This document shows positions 35,114-44,429 of a DNA stretch of 64,000 bases, in pieces; position 1 is the first letter of the stretch; each line of letters begins with the position of its first letter. Both the position numbers and the translations under genes were made by a program. Under the pieces are notes generated by a model. That model was not told where the DNA came from. It did not search any database and saw only the letters and a list, made by a program, of their open reading frames with translations. The stretch is from Hydrurus foetidus (Eukaryota), in contig UYFQ01000001.1 of NCBI GenBank assembly GCA_900617105.1, forward strand, positions 4,774,001 to 4,838,000. The letters run 5' to 3'.

Positions 35114-36136
35114 TCACTCTATTTTGATATTGCGCATCGCAATGATTCCGCCCATGATGGCGGTCTCGATTTTGATGCGGCTGCTCAACCCGTCTGGCGA
35201 CGTGCCGACAGCTTGCCAGCCTTGGTTGAACAGCTTTTGACGCGTATCAGCGTCGCGAATAATTTTTGACACTTCAGCATTCAAGCGCGCCTGCGCTGCT
35301 GCCGACAAATTCGCCGGCCCTACCAACGCTGTCCACACCTCAAGGCTGAAGTTTCGAATATCGGCATCGGCCAGTGGCGCAATTTCGGTCGCCAGAGCGC
35401 TGCGCCCGCTGGTCAAGCCGATGGCTTTTAGCTTGCCTGCTTTGATTTGCGGCAGGGCAATGCCGGGCGGCACCAGCGCCATCTGAATTTGCCCGCCCAG
35501 CAGGGCAGTGACCACTTGCGGGTTGCCTTGGTACGGGACATGCACTGCCTGCAGGCCGCCAGCTTTTGACTTGAGCAGCTCCATGCCCAAGTGGCCTACC
35601 GAGCCGTTGCCGACCGAGCCAAAGTTCCATTTGTCACCACCTGCACGAGCAGCATCGAAAAAAGCGACGCCTGAGGGCAGGTTGGGCGGCGCAACCAGCA
35701 CGAGCGGCGCGGTAGTGAGTAGCGAAATCGGTGTGAAGTCTTTTGCAGGGTCGTAAGGCAGCTTGGGGAACAGCAGCTTGGCCGATGTCAGGTTGCCATT
35801 GATCACCACGCCCAGCGTGTGATCGTCAGTCGCTTTAGCAACCAGGTCTGCTGAAATGTTGCCAGACGCGCCTGGCTTGTTTTCAATAATGACCGGCTGG
35901 CCGAGGGCTCTTGACAACGGCTCTGCCAACGTGCGTGCCGCCATGTCTGGCGTCGAGCCGCCCGGAAAGCCCACCAAAATTCTGACGGGTTTGGTTGGCC
36001 AATCGGCCAATGGCGCCGGTTTTTTCTTGATATTTTGGGCTGTAACCCCAAAAGAAAGGGCGCAAGCAGCTATTAATACAGTAGCAGATGCCAGTCGGCG
36101 GCTGGGCAAACGCAGTCGGGACAAGTTGGGCTTCAT
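35114..36136 (-). CDS. Bug/TctC substrate-binding protein
   Basis: WPTKPVRILVGFPGGSTPD, ENKPGASG, HVPYQG; start uncertain. Confidence 0.92.
   Translation of the reverse strand: MKPNLSRLRLPSRRLASATVLIAACALSFGVTAQNIKKKPAPLADWPTKPVRILVGFPGGSTPDMAARTLAEPLSRALGQPVIIENKPGASGNISADLVAKATDDHTLGVVINGNLTSAKLLFPKLPYDPAKDFTPISLLTTAPLVLVAPPNLPSGVAFFDAARAGGDKWNFGSVGNGSVGHLGMELLKSKAGGLQAVHVPYQGNPQVVTALLGGQIQMALVPPGIALPQIKAGKLKAIGLTSGRSALATEIAPLADADIRNFSLEVWTALVGPANLSAAAQARLNAEVSKIIRDADTRQKLFNQGWQAVGTSPDGLSSRIKIETAIMGGIIAMRNIKIE
36038..36085 (-). repeat. Family R motif encoding part of a signal peptide
   Basis: Minus strand GCTACTGTATTAATAGCTGCTTGCGCCCTTTCTTTTGGGGTTACAGCC = ATVLIAACALSFGVTA. Confidence 0.8.
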
Positions 36137-36419
36137 GACGGTTTCCATAAAAAGCAGATTTTTAAACAACCATTATTTGAACAGTTTTGCAGGCTCAATT
36201 TCGCCTCACATGCACTTCAGTCCAGCCAAATTTTTACTCGCCATAGTCGAATCATTCAAGATAATATGTATGCTTATTTATATTGACATGAGGGCAAACC
36301 CGAAATCCACACAGCCATGGATGCGCGGCGGCAATCGAGCCGATAGAGCTCCCCAGTTAAATCCCGATGGCAGGCTTGGGAAGCCGTTAAAACCGCAGCT
36401 TGACGATTAAACTCGTTTC

Positions 36420-36902
36420 ATGACAAAAAGCTACAAATTCGAGGTTGCCCCGGGCCACTTGATCAGGCGTGCGCAGCAAATCGCAGTGGCGCTTTTTATG
36501 GAAGAAACCCTTGCGTTTGACATCACGCCGGTGCAATTTGCTATTTTGAACGCGCTGATTGACGCCCCTGGCGAGGACCAGGTCACCCTGTCTAAACATG
36601 TAGCGTTTGATCCCGCTACCTTCGGCTCGGTGGTGGGGCGGCTCGAAGCTAAAGCTTGGGTGACCCGCAAGGCAGATCCCAAAGACAAGCGGCGCAGGTT
36701 GCTGTGGGTCACTGACGATGGCAAAAAAGTCGCGCTAAAAATGAAAAAAGCCGTCGACAAAGCTCAGTTGCGCATTGTTAGCCCGCTAGATGAACAGGAG
36801 CAAGAGCACTTGGTGCGGCTGATTGGCAAACTGGTGGCTGGGCATGCCGAAAGTTCGGCCTCTGCAGCAAGCAACATCACCAGCCAGACAACCCTCAAAT
36901 AG
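36420..36902 (+). CDS. MarR family transcriptional regulator
   Basis: PGHLIRRAQQ, ITPVQFAIL, DKRRRLLWVT; divergent from the catabolic operon. Confidence 0.93.
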   Translation: MTKSYKFEVAPGHLIRRAQQIAVALFMEETLAFDITPVQFAILNALIDAPGEDQVTLSKHVAFDPATFGSVVGRLEAKAWVTRKADPKDKRRRLLWVTDDGKKVALKMKKAVDKAQLRIVSPLDEQEQEHLVRLIGKLVAGHAESSASAASNITSQTTLK

Positions 36903-36921
36903 CCGTCAGTCAGTATTGCAA

Positions 36922-37212
36922 CTAATACTGATTAAGCGGCAATCTGAGCGTCAATCCCTCCAGCGCTGGGGTCAACACCAGTTGGCAGCTCAAGCGGCTA
37001 TGTGGCTCGCGCGGAGCAGCAGTAAAAGCCAGCATCGCCAATTCTTCGGCATCAGGCGGCGGCAGCGTGCCAGCGAATTCGTCGCAAACGATCACATGGC
37101 AAGTCGCGCAAGTCATCAAGCCGCCGCAGTCTGCCGCAATGCCGTCTACGTTATTTGCTGTGGCAGCGTCCATCACGCTTTTACCCACCTTGGCGGTGAT
37201 TGAACGGCTATT
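36922..37212 (-). pseudogene. 2Fe-2S ferredoxin (putidaredoxin type), apparently 5' truncated
   Basis: ADCGGLMTCATCHV and SRLSCQ; frame is closed by TAA at 37215-37213 with no ATG for the first beta strand. Confidence 0.75.
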
Positions 37213-37227
37213 TTAAGCATCTTTTGT

Positions 37228-37275
37228 GCCTGTAGCGCCCATTTCACGGGCGCGAGCAGCTATGAAATGTATAGT
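37228..37275 (-). repeat. Family R motif
   Basis: GCCTGTAGCGCCCATTTCACGGGCGCGAGCAGCTATGAAATGTATAGT. Confidence 0.88.
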
Positions 37276-37386
37276 AATAGTTCGGCTCATAGTGCAATCG
37301 GTTTTATCTAGATCGGATGATGCGTTCGTTTTGCTCAGCGCTCATGACTACATGGGGCGGGCGTTGCAGCCATGATAATCGCCGCT

Positions 37387-37857
37387 ATGGACAACACTGC
37401 TGAAATTAACGAGGCCCGGTTATGGGTAGCCGACGGCTGGACGGCCAAGGTCATTAAAAACGAAGACGACGACGGCTGGGCCGTTGCCATGATCAAAGAC
37501 GGCGAGCCCGAACCCGCGCTAATTGGGCCGTGGACCATGGGCCGGGACAAAAAGAACCCCAAGCCGCTGGACACCAACGCTTTTCATACGCTGGTTAAAA
37601 CCGCGTCTGAGTTTGTGCGCCGGCATGAGCAGCAACTGCACGCCGAACTGCACCAAAGCATGGCGATTACCGCAGGCACTGCTCGCATCACCGTAAACCT
37701 GGACATCGTGCCGGACGAAGACAACCCTTTTGCGACGTTAAGTGCGCGAGACGCGGGCGGCGACTTGCTGGCCGACATCAAAGTGGCGGCGTCTTTCAAA
37801 CTTAACCGTGCCAGTGCTGAGCGCTGGGCGGCCAGCAACTTTGCAAAACCCAAATGA
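37387..37857 (+). CDS. Hypothetical protein
   Basis: Clean ORF, ATGA-coupled to the next gene. Confidence 0.8.
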   Translation: MDNTAEINEARLWVADGWTAKVIKNEDDDGWAVAMIKDGEPEPALIGPWTMGRDKKNPKPLDTNAFHTLVKTASEFVRRHEQQLHAELHQSMAITAGTARITVNLDIVPDEDNPFATLSARDAGGDLLADIKVAASFKLNRASAERWAASNFAKPK

Positions 37858-38375
37858 ATTTTGCCCCCGACCTGGCCACAGTCACGCACGGCATACAGCT
37901 GGCGGTGGCGCCGGTGTTTTTGCTGACGGCGGTGTCTGGTTTGATTGCGGCGGTAGCGGGCAGGCTGGCCCGCATCATTGACCGCGCGCGGTTTCTTGAA
38001 AATCGGCTTGAAGCTGGCGTTGTGGATGGCGCCAAGGCCACCAAAATGTACGCGGAGCTGCAGCAGCTGCGCAAGCGTGGCTGGCTGGTCAATGCCTCAA
38101 TTGCGCTGCTGACGTTTTGCGCACTGCTGATTGGCATGACGATTATTTTGCTGTTTTTGGGTGAGGCCGCCGAAATAGCCACCTTCAAAATAGCGACGAT
38201 TTGCTTTTTGTTGGGCGTGCTGTGTTTTTTATTTGCGCTGATGTGCTTTTTAACTGAAACACTCATGGCGACCCGCTTGCTTAAATTTGCCCGGCCGCCT
38301 GACGCGCCGCCAACTACGGCTGGCGCAATCGCCATTGCGCCAGCCACTGGTCGCGCTGAAGACAAAAAAGCATGA
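37854..38375 (+). CDS. DUF2721-like membrane protein
   Basis: IQLAVAPVFLL..RLARIIDRAR motif, three TM segments. Confidence 0.8.
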   Translation: MNFAPDLATVTHGIQLAVAPVFLLTAVSGLIAAVAGRLARIIDRARFLENRLEAGVVDGAKATKMYAELQQLRKRGWLVNASIALLTFCALLIGMTIILLFLGEAAEIATFKIATICFLLGVLCFLFALMCFLTETLMATRLLKFARPPDAPPTTAGAIAIAPATGRAEDKKA

Positions 38376-39034
38376 CCGCATCAATAGATTCTTCGCTGGC
38401 GTCGCGCCGCTTTGCAGCCGCAGCGGCCGCTGTTGCTTGGGCCGCTTTGCTTTTGCAGCTGTGGCTAACGATGGGCATTGTCATCAACCAAGGCCGTGGC
38501 TTTGCGATGGGCCTGGTGGTGTACTTCGGGTTTTTCACGGTGCTGACCAATTTGCTGGCCGCTGTGTGCTTGACTGCATTTGCTTCTGGCCCGCCATTTC
38601 CCGGTCACCGCAAGCTGACGCACCCGGTGGCCGTTACCACCTTGGCCGCGGCCATTACCGTGGTGGGGCTGGTTTACTTTCTGATTTTGCGCCACACCTG
38701 GAAGCCCGAGGGCGCGCAGTTTGCAGCCGACGCGGCTTTGCATTACGTGGTTCCGGTTTTGGCTGTTCTGTTCTGGTTTTGGGTGGTGCCCCACGGCGCC
38801 GTTAAGTGGGGCGCGCTGCCGTGGTTGTTTGTTTACCCGCTGGCGTACCTCGTTTATGTGTTTGTTCGCGGTGAGATTTTCAAAATTTACCCTTACTTTT
38901 TTATTGATGTGGGCCAAATTGGTTACGACACTGCACTGCGTAATTCAGTCGGCGTGCTGGTTGCCTATGGCGCTGTGGTGGCTGTGTTGCTTGGACTCAA
39001 GCGGGCGCTTTCGCCCGGCAAGCCGCGGCTGTAA
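38372..39034 (+). CDS. Pr6Pr/FAR-17a-like membrane protein
   Basis: FFTVLTN, LHYVVP, YPLAY, YPYFFID. Confidence 0.8.
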   Translation: MTASIDSSLASRRFAAAAAAVAWAALLLQLWLTMGIVINQGRGFAMGLVVYFGFFTVLTNLLAAVCLTAFASGPPFPGHRKLTHPVAVTTLAAAITVVGLVYFLILRHTWKPEGAQFAADAALHYVVPVLAVLFWFWVVPHGAVKWGALPWLFVYPLAYLVYVFVRGEIFKIYPYFFIDVGQIGYDTALRNSVGVLVAYGAVVAVLLGLKRALSPGKPRL

Positions 39035-39172
39035 ATCTGCGTTTTGCCGCTGGCGGTTACAGCGTGCCGTCCTACGCTATTGATTGCGCCTCTCAGCCTA
39101 CGATGAATTCGGAGATCGTTGCGTGCAGCCTCTCTGCTGCAACCGGTCTGATTAATCTGCAAAGGCTGCACT

Positions 39173-39610
39173 ATGAAAACTCGACTTTCGCTTTCTGTCA
39201 TCTGCGCAATCGCATTTGCATCTGCGCTGTCAGCAGCGCCCGTGCGGGCAGCTACTGCTAATGCGCCCAGTGCCGCTGAATGCGCCGCACCGACCACGCA
39301 AAAGATGATGAATGAATGCGCCTATGAGGACTTTCTGGTCGCCAGTGCTGAATATGCGGCCAGCAACAAACAATACGCCGACAGGCTGAGCAGCACGCAG
39401 CGAACCTTGTTTCGGCGCTCACAAAGCGCCTGGATTGCTTACCAGACCGCAGCCTGCGAGTTTGAAAGCAGCGCCCTTCAGGGCGGCAGCGCCCGGGCGA
39501 TGTCACGGTGGCAGTGCGCCAGCCGCATGACCCGAGCGCGCGCAACTGAGGTGATTAATTTGAGCAACTGCAAAGAAGGCGACATCAGCTGCCCACGCTT
39601 TAAACGGTGA
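39173..39610 (+). CDS. Lysozyme inhibitor LprI (DUF1311)-like exported protein
   Basis: Signal peptide, TQKMMNECA, SQSAWIAYQTAACEFE. Confidence 0.8.
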   Translation: MKTRLSLSVICAIAFASALSAAPVRAATANAPSAAECAAPTTQKMMNECAYEDFLVASAEYAASNKQYADRLSSTQRTLFRRSQSAWIAYQTAACEFESSALQGGSARAMSRWQCASRMTRARATEVINLSNCKEGDISCPRFKR

Positions 39611-39627
39611 CACACGACTAATTAGCC

Positions 39628-39680
39628 GCTATTAATACATGAGCTGCTCGCGCCCGTATTAATTGGGCTGCAGGCCTATT
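39628..39680 (+). repeat. Family R motif
   Basis: GCTATTAATACATGAGCTGCTCGCGCCCGTATTAATTGGGCTGCAGGCC. Confidence 0.92.
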
Positions 39681-39792
39681 ATGCTAGTATTTAGGGCGCT
39701 GTAGGCTTGATTTTGGCTTGGTTTTGGCTTGGTTGTAGCTTGATTTGCCTGAGTGCTGGCGATAATGGGTTTTTATTCTCGAAGGAAGCCCC

Positions 39793-40449
39793 ATGCTGCT
39801 GGACGCTGACGATTGCCAACTCGTTCTGGTTGACTACCAAACCCGCCTGATGCCGGTTATTTTTGGGCAAGAGCGACTACTGGCCAATGCCGTTCGGCTC
39901 GCCAAAATGGCGGCGATTATGCAAGTCCCGGTTTGGGGCACCGCGCAGTTGCCCGACAAGCTGGGCGCAAACACAACGGACGTGCAAAACGCCATTGACG
40001 CGGCGGGCGGCCAGACGCTTGCCAAAGCGCACTTCAGTGCTGTGGCCGATGGTCTGGGTGACTGGCTGCGCCCGCCTGCTCGCAGGCCCGCGCAAAACGA
40101 GCCAGTCAGGCAGGTAAGGGGCAATGCCCGCAGCCTGCCCAAACACATGCAAAAAAGTCAGCAAAATGCTGCGCCAGAGCCAGAGGACGGCCGCAACGTG
40201 ATCGTTATTGCCGGCTGCGAAGCGCATGTGTGCCTGCTGCAAACCGCTTTGGACTTGCTAGAAGAAGAGTTTGACGTGTGGGTGGTGACAGACGCCTGCG
40301 GCTCTCGCCTTGATTCAAACCGCGACGCCGCTTTTGACAGGCTGGCTGGCAATGGCGCCGAGCTGGTGACGACTGAGATGGTGGCATTTGAGTGGCTGCG
40401 CAGTGCTGACCACCCCGCCTTCAAAGACATGCTGGCGCTGGTTAAATAA
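39793..40449 (+). CDS. Isochorismatase family hydrolase
   Basis: LVLVDYQTRL, AGCEAHVCLLQT, DACGSR, TTEMVAFEW. Confidence 0.9.
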   Translation: MLLDADDCQLVLVDYQTRLMPVIFGQERLLANAVRLAKMAAIMQVPVWGTAQLPDKLGANTTDVQNAIDAAGGQTLAKAHFSAVADGLGDWLRPPARRPAQNEPVRQVRGNARSLPKHMQKSQQNAAPEPEDGRNVIVIAGCEAHVCLLQTALDLLEEEFDVWVVTDACGSRLDSNRDAAFDRLAGNGAELVTTEMVAFEWLRSADHPAFKDMLALVK

Positions 40450-40468
40450 CCAACGCAGCCATCAAAAA

Positions 40469-40568
40469 GGTGACGAGCCTTTACCCCGGCACTGACTCCA
40501 CAGTTAGGGCTGCTTGGTTCCCCACCTGACCCGTTTGGCCGCTTCACCATGCGGGAAGGCTCGTCACC
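40469..40568 (-). ncRNA. ffs: Signal recognition particle 4.5S RNA
   Basis: Long hairpin with complementary ends; core GGGTCAGGTGGGAACCAAGCAGCCC on the minus strand; divergent from dnaX. Confidence 0.92.
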
Positions 40569-40613
40569 GCTGATTGTAAATGACGCGCCGACACAGCCAC
40601 TTAGAATTAGAAA

Positions 40614-42500
40614 ATGTCCTACCTAGTTCTTGCCCGCAAATATCGCCCGAAAAACTTCCTGGAGATGGTGGGGCAGGCGCACGTAGTGCAGGCACTCAGC
40701 AACGCGCTGACCACCCAGCGGCTGCATCACGCCTACTTGTTTACGGGCACACGGGGCGTGGGTAAAACCACTATTTCGCGTATTTTGGCCAAGTCGCTGA
40801 ACTGTATTGGCGCAGACGGGCAGGGCGGGATTACCGCTACGCCTTGCGGGGTGTGCCAGGCTTGCACCGACATTGATTCAGGCCGTTTTGTGGACTACAC
40901 CGAGCTGGACGCAGCGTCTAACCGCGGGGTTGACGAAATCGCCCAGCTGCTGGAACAAGCGGTATACAAACCCGTCATTGGGCGCTTCAAAGTGTTCATG
41001 ATTGACGAGGTGCACATGCTGACGAACACGGCATTTAACGCCATGCTCAAAACACTAGAAGAGCCGCCCGAATATTTAAAATTTGTGCTGGCCACCACTG
41101 ACCCGCAAAAGGTGCCCGCCACGGTTCTGTCGCGTTGCCTGCAGTTCAATTTACGGCCCATGGCGCCTGAAACCATTTTGGAACACTTGGGCATCGTGCT
41201 GGGCGTTGAGGCAGTGCCTTCAGAGCCGCAAGCGCTGCGCCTGCTGGCGCGCGCCGCGCGCGGCTCCATGCGCGATGCGCTGTCGCTCACCGACCAAGCC
41301 ATTGCCTTTGGGTCTGGCGCCTTGAATGAAGACAGCGTGCGCCTGATGCTGGGCAGCGTCGACCGCAGCTACGTGTTCAAGTTGCTTGCTGCGCTGGCCA
41401 GTGGCGACGGTAAAACAGTGGTCGACACCGCCGAAGCGCTGCGCATCAATGGCTTGAGCGCAGCATCGACGTTAGAAGAAATGACGACCGTGCTACAGCG
41501 CATGGCCGTGTTGCAGGCCGTGCCTAGCATGATGAGCCAAGCGCTGGCTACCACCGACGGCGATACCGACCCCGAAGCTACGCAAACCGCGCAGCTGGCG
41601 CAAACCATGGCGGCAGACGAGACGCAGCTGCTGTATTCCATCTGCCTGCATGGCCGCAGCGAGCTGGGCCTGGCGCCCGACGACTATGCGGCCCTAACGA
41701 TGGTGCTGCTGCGGTTGCTGGCGTTCAAACCTGCCGCTGCTGCAGGTGCATCGGTGGTGCCTTTTAAAGCGGGGGCTGCCGCAGAGCCCGAAAAAAAGCC
41801 GCTGCATGAACCGCAAGCTGCGGCCGGGCTGCAAGCTGCGCCTGAACCTAAACTGAAACCGGCGGTAGTACCGCTGGCCGAGCCAAATGCAGCGGCCCCA
41901 GCAGAACCGCTTGCTGCACCATTGGCTGCAGCGCCTGTTGAGGCCATTATTCCAACTATTTCAGATACAAAAGAGCCTGTAGCCCAATTAATACAGGCGC
42001 AAGCAGCTCCTGAAATAATAGCAAATTTACCATCATCTGGCGCCGCACCTGATGCTGATCTGGGTGACTTGTGGGCTAGCGTGGTGGCAGAACTCGTCGC
42101 GCAAGACTTGATTAAGACCATGGTTCGCGAACTCGCGCTCCAGTCGCAGCTGCAGCATCAAGCGGGGCATTCTGCACAGCCAGTCGACGGCGCTGCTGCA
42201 ATGGTGTGGACGCTGCGAATCGAAAGCGAATCGCTGAACAACCCGGCCGCGCTAGACAAGCTGCAAACCGCTATCAATTCGCAGCGCGCTGATTTGCCGC
42301 TGGTCATGTTGGTGCTTGAAATGGGCGCCGTTGTCGACACGCCCGTGCGCCGCAACACAGCAGCCGCTCTTGAGCGCCAGAGGCAAGCCCAAGCGCTGAT
42401 TGAAGGGGACTGCCTGGTGCAAGAGCTGGTTCAGAAGTGGGGCGCCACACTGGTGCCCGGCAGCATCAAAACTACGCTGCACGCCGCCTTGCCTCGCTAA
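40614..42500 (+). CDS. dnaX: DNA polymerase III subunits tau/gamma
   Basis: LARKYRP, GTRGVGKTT, IDEVHML, LKTLEEPP, SRC, GSMRDALS. Confidence 0.98.
   Translation: MSYLVLARKYRPKNFLEMVGQAHVVQALSNALTTQRLHHAYLFTGTRGVGKTTISRILAKSLNCIGADGQGGITATPCGVCQACTDIDSGRFVDYTELDAASNRGVDEIAQLLEQAVYKPVIGRFKVFMIDEVHMLTNTAFNAMLKTLEEPPEYLKFVLATTDPQKVPATVLSRCLQFNLRPMAPETILEHLGIVLGVEAVPSEPQALRLLARAARGSMRDALSLTDQAIAFGSGALNEDSVRLMLGSVDRSYVFKLLAALASGDGKTVVDTAEALRINGLSAASTLEEMTTVLQRMAVLQAVPSMMSQALATTDGDTDPEATQTAQLAQTMAADETQLLYSICLHGRSELGLAPDDYAALTMVLLRLLAFKPAAAAGASVVPFKAGAAAEPEKKPLHEPQAAAGLQAAPEPKLKPAVVPLAEPNAAAPAEPLAAPLAAAPVEAIIPTISDTKEPVAQLIQAQAAPEIIANLPSSGAAPDADLGDLWASVVAELVAQDLIKTMVRELALQSQLQHQAGHSAQPVDGAAAMVWTLRIESESLNNPAALDKLQTAINSQRADLPLVMLVLEMGAVVDTPVRRNTAAALERQRQAQALIEGDCLVQELVQKWGATLVPGSIKTTLHAALPR
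41791..41809 (+). other. Probable programmed -1 frameshift site in dnaX
   Basis: In-frame GAA AAA AAG; the -1 frame reads GCC GCT GCA TGA. Confidence 0.7.
41975..42022 (-). repeat. Family R motif inside the dnaX linker
   Basis: GCCTGTAGCCCAATTAATACAGGCGCAAGCAGCTCCTGAAATAATAGC = PVAQLIQAQAAPEIIA. Confidence 0.88.
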
Positions 42501-42578
42501 CTCGCTAACTCTTTAAGACCAGCTTGCAGCCGATATGATGTCGCATCGCTTTGGCACCACTATTTAAAGGAAAAACTG

Positions 42579-42911
42579 ATGTTCAACAAAGGGCAACTTG
42601 CCGGTCTGATGAAGCAGGCGCAAGCCATGCAAGACAACATGAAAAAAGCCCAGGACGAGCTGGCTTTTATTGAAGTGACGGCCGAATCAGGCTCAGGCCT
42701 GGTCAAAGTCACCATGACCTGCAAGCACGAGGTAAAGCGGGTAGAAATTGCGCCCAGCTTGCTGCTTGAGGACAAAGACATGATTGAAGACCTGGTCGCA
42801 GCCGCATTCAACGCCGCCGTGCGCAAGGCAGAAGAAGTCAGCGGCGAGAAGATGGGCAAGATCACCGCCGGCATGCCAGGCCTTCCCGGTGGGATGAAAA
42901 TGCCCTTCTAA
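42579..42911 (+). CDS. ybaB: YbaB/EbfC nucleoid-associated protein
   Basis: [26 protein letters not shown]; between dnaX and recR. Confidence 0.95.
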   Translation: MFNKGQLAGLMKQAQAMQDNMKKAQDELAFIEVTAESGSGLVKVTMTCKHEVKRVEIAPSLLLEDKDMIEDLVAAAFNAAVRKAEEVSGEKMGKITAGMPGLPGGMKMPF

Positions 42912-43051
42912 AACTGTGAGCCCCCACGTTCGCTCACTGCGTGTAGCTCTCTGCCCCCCGAGGGGGCCGCTGCGCCTGCGGTCTGGCAAAGCCAGTCTCG
43001 CGGCCCCTGCTTGCAGGGAAGGTTCATTGCTGTACTTCCGGATCGCAATCT

Positions 43052-43678
43052 ATGGCTGACTCAAATGCATTAGAAGGCCTAACCCAAGCCCTGCGCAAGC
43101 TGCCCGGCGTGGGCGCAAAATCTGCTGCGCGCATGGCGTTTCATTTGCTGCAACACGACAAAAGCGCCGCCCTGCAAATAGCCAAAGCACTCGAAAACGC
43201 TGTCGCCAACATCAAGCATTGCAGCCTGTGCAACACCTTGACGGAATTGGACGTTTGCAGCACTTGCGCCAGCGCCCAGCGGGACCGCAGCAAACTCTGC
43301 GTGGTAGAAACGCCCGCCGACCAAGCCGCACTCGAGCGAACGTTGGCCTATAAGGGCTTGTACTTTGTATTGATGGGCAAGCTCAGCCCACTCGACGGCA
43401 TTGGGCCGCACGACATCGGCTTGCAAAAGCTCTTTGACCGGGTTGTGCCCAAAGACGCAAACGGCCAGAACGTAGCCGCGTCCGAGCGTGAAGTTCAAGA
43501 AGTTATTTTGGCGACCAACTTCACGGCTGAAGGCGAGGCAACGGCGCATGTAATTGCCCAGGCCTTGAAGGCACGCGGCGTTCAGGTTACCCGCTTGGCG
43601 CGCGGCGTGCCTGTGGGCAGTGAGCTGGAGTACGTCGACTTGGGCACGATTGCGCACGCCCTGGTGGACAGACGCTAG
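43052..43678 (+). CDS. recR: Recombination mediator RecR
   Basis: [10 protein letters not shown]4 zinc finger, [21 protein letters not shown]. Confidence 0.98.
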   Translation: MADSNALEGLTQALRKLPGVGAKSAARMAFHLLQHDKSAALQIAKALENAVANIKHCSLCNTLTELDVCSTCASAQRDRSKLCVVETPADQAALERTLAYKGLYFVLMGKLSPLDGIGPHDIGLQKLFDRVVPKDANGQNVAASEREVQEVILATNFTAEGEATAHVIAQALKARGVQVTRLARGVPVGSELEYVDLGTIAHALVDRR

Positions 43679-43697
43679 AAAAATCGGGCCATTTTTT

Positions 43698-43745
43698 GCT
43701 ACACTATCAGTAGCTGCTCGCGCCCGTATTGATTGGGCTGCAGCA
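43698..43745 (+). repeat. Family R motif
   Basis: GCTACACTATCAGTAGCTGCTCGCGCCCGTATTGATTGGGCTGCAG after the recR stop. Confidence 0.92.
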
Positions 43746-43812
43746 CTAAAATAATTGAATTAATTGCCTTGAGCAGGCTTTTTTCTGCTCTGCGCCTTCA
43801 AAGGATTACCCC

Positions 43813-44226
43813 ATGACTTACGCCCGCTTTACCGTTGCTTACTGGTGCATTTTGGTCGCTGCCGTTTTGCCAATTGTGTGTACGGCTATTGCCAAGTACG
43901 GCATGTTTACCGTCAACCGCAAAGACGGCGGCTACGACAACAACAACCCACGCGCCTGGCTGGCCAAACAACAAGACTGGCGCGCCCGAGCCAATGCGGC
44001 TCAGGCCAACACGTTTGAGGCATTGCCACTGTTTTTTGCGGCAGTCATCATTGCGCATTTGCTGCAGGCGGGGCAAACCAAGCTTGATATTTTGGCGTTT
44101 ACTTTTGTCTTGCTGCGCTTAGCCTACATCGTGGTGTACGTGGCAGACATGGCCAGCACGCGTAGCGTAATCTGGTTTTTGGCGCTGCTGACCAACGTGG
44201 CGATTTTGTTTGCTGGCTACCGTTGA
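43813..44226 (+). CDS. MAPEG family membrane protein
   Basis: DNNNPR..RANAAQANTFEALPLF. Confidence 0.88.
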   Translation: MTYARFTVAYWCILVAAVLPIVCTAIAKYGMFTVNRKDGGYDNNNPRAWLAKQQDWRARANAAQANTFEALPLFFAAVIIAHLLQAGQTKLDILAFTFVLLRLAYIVVYVADMASTRSVIWFLALLTNVAILFAGYR

Positions 44227-44429
44227 TAAGCCAAGCAGTTGAGTAGTTGAGTAGTTGAGCAACTCGGCAGTGTAGCAATTGGCTAGTCGCCTTTCTGCCT
44301 AGCCCTCGCGGGCAGGCCTTGGCGTCGTTGGGGTAAGTACCCGCGCGGGATGTCCCCGATGCGGGTTTTTTTTCGTCTGGATAAGCTCGAGGGCATACAA
44401 AAGTATTCAGACAAAAGCCTTAACTCACC

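Noticed and set aside
39703..39748. GGCTTGRTTTT short tandem repeat
   Set aside because: Three to four degenerate units; looks like simple slippage.
42917..43020. GC-rich structured intergenic segment between ybaB and recR (GCCCCCCGAGGGGGC)
   Set aside because: Probably another repeat family, but only one copy is in this window so it cannot be supported.
44236..44265. AGTTGAGT microrepeat
   Set aside because: Three units, intergenic, no evidence of function.
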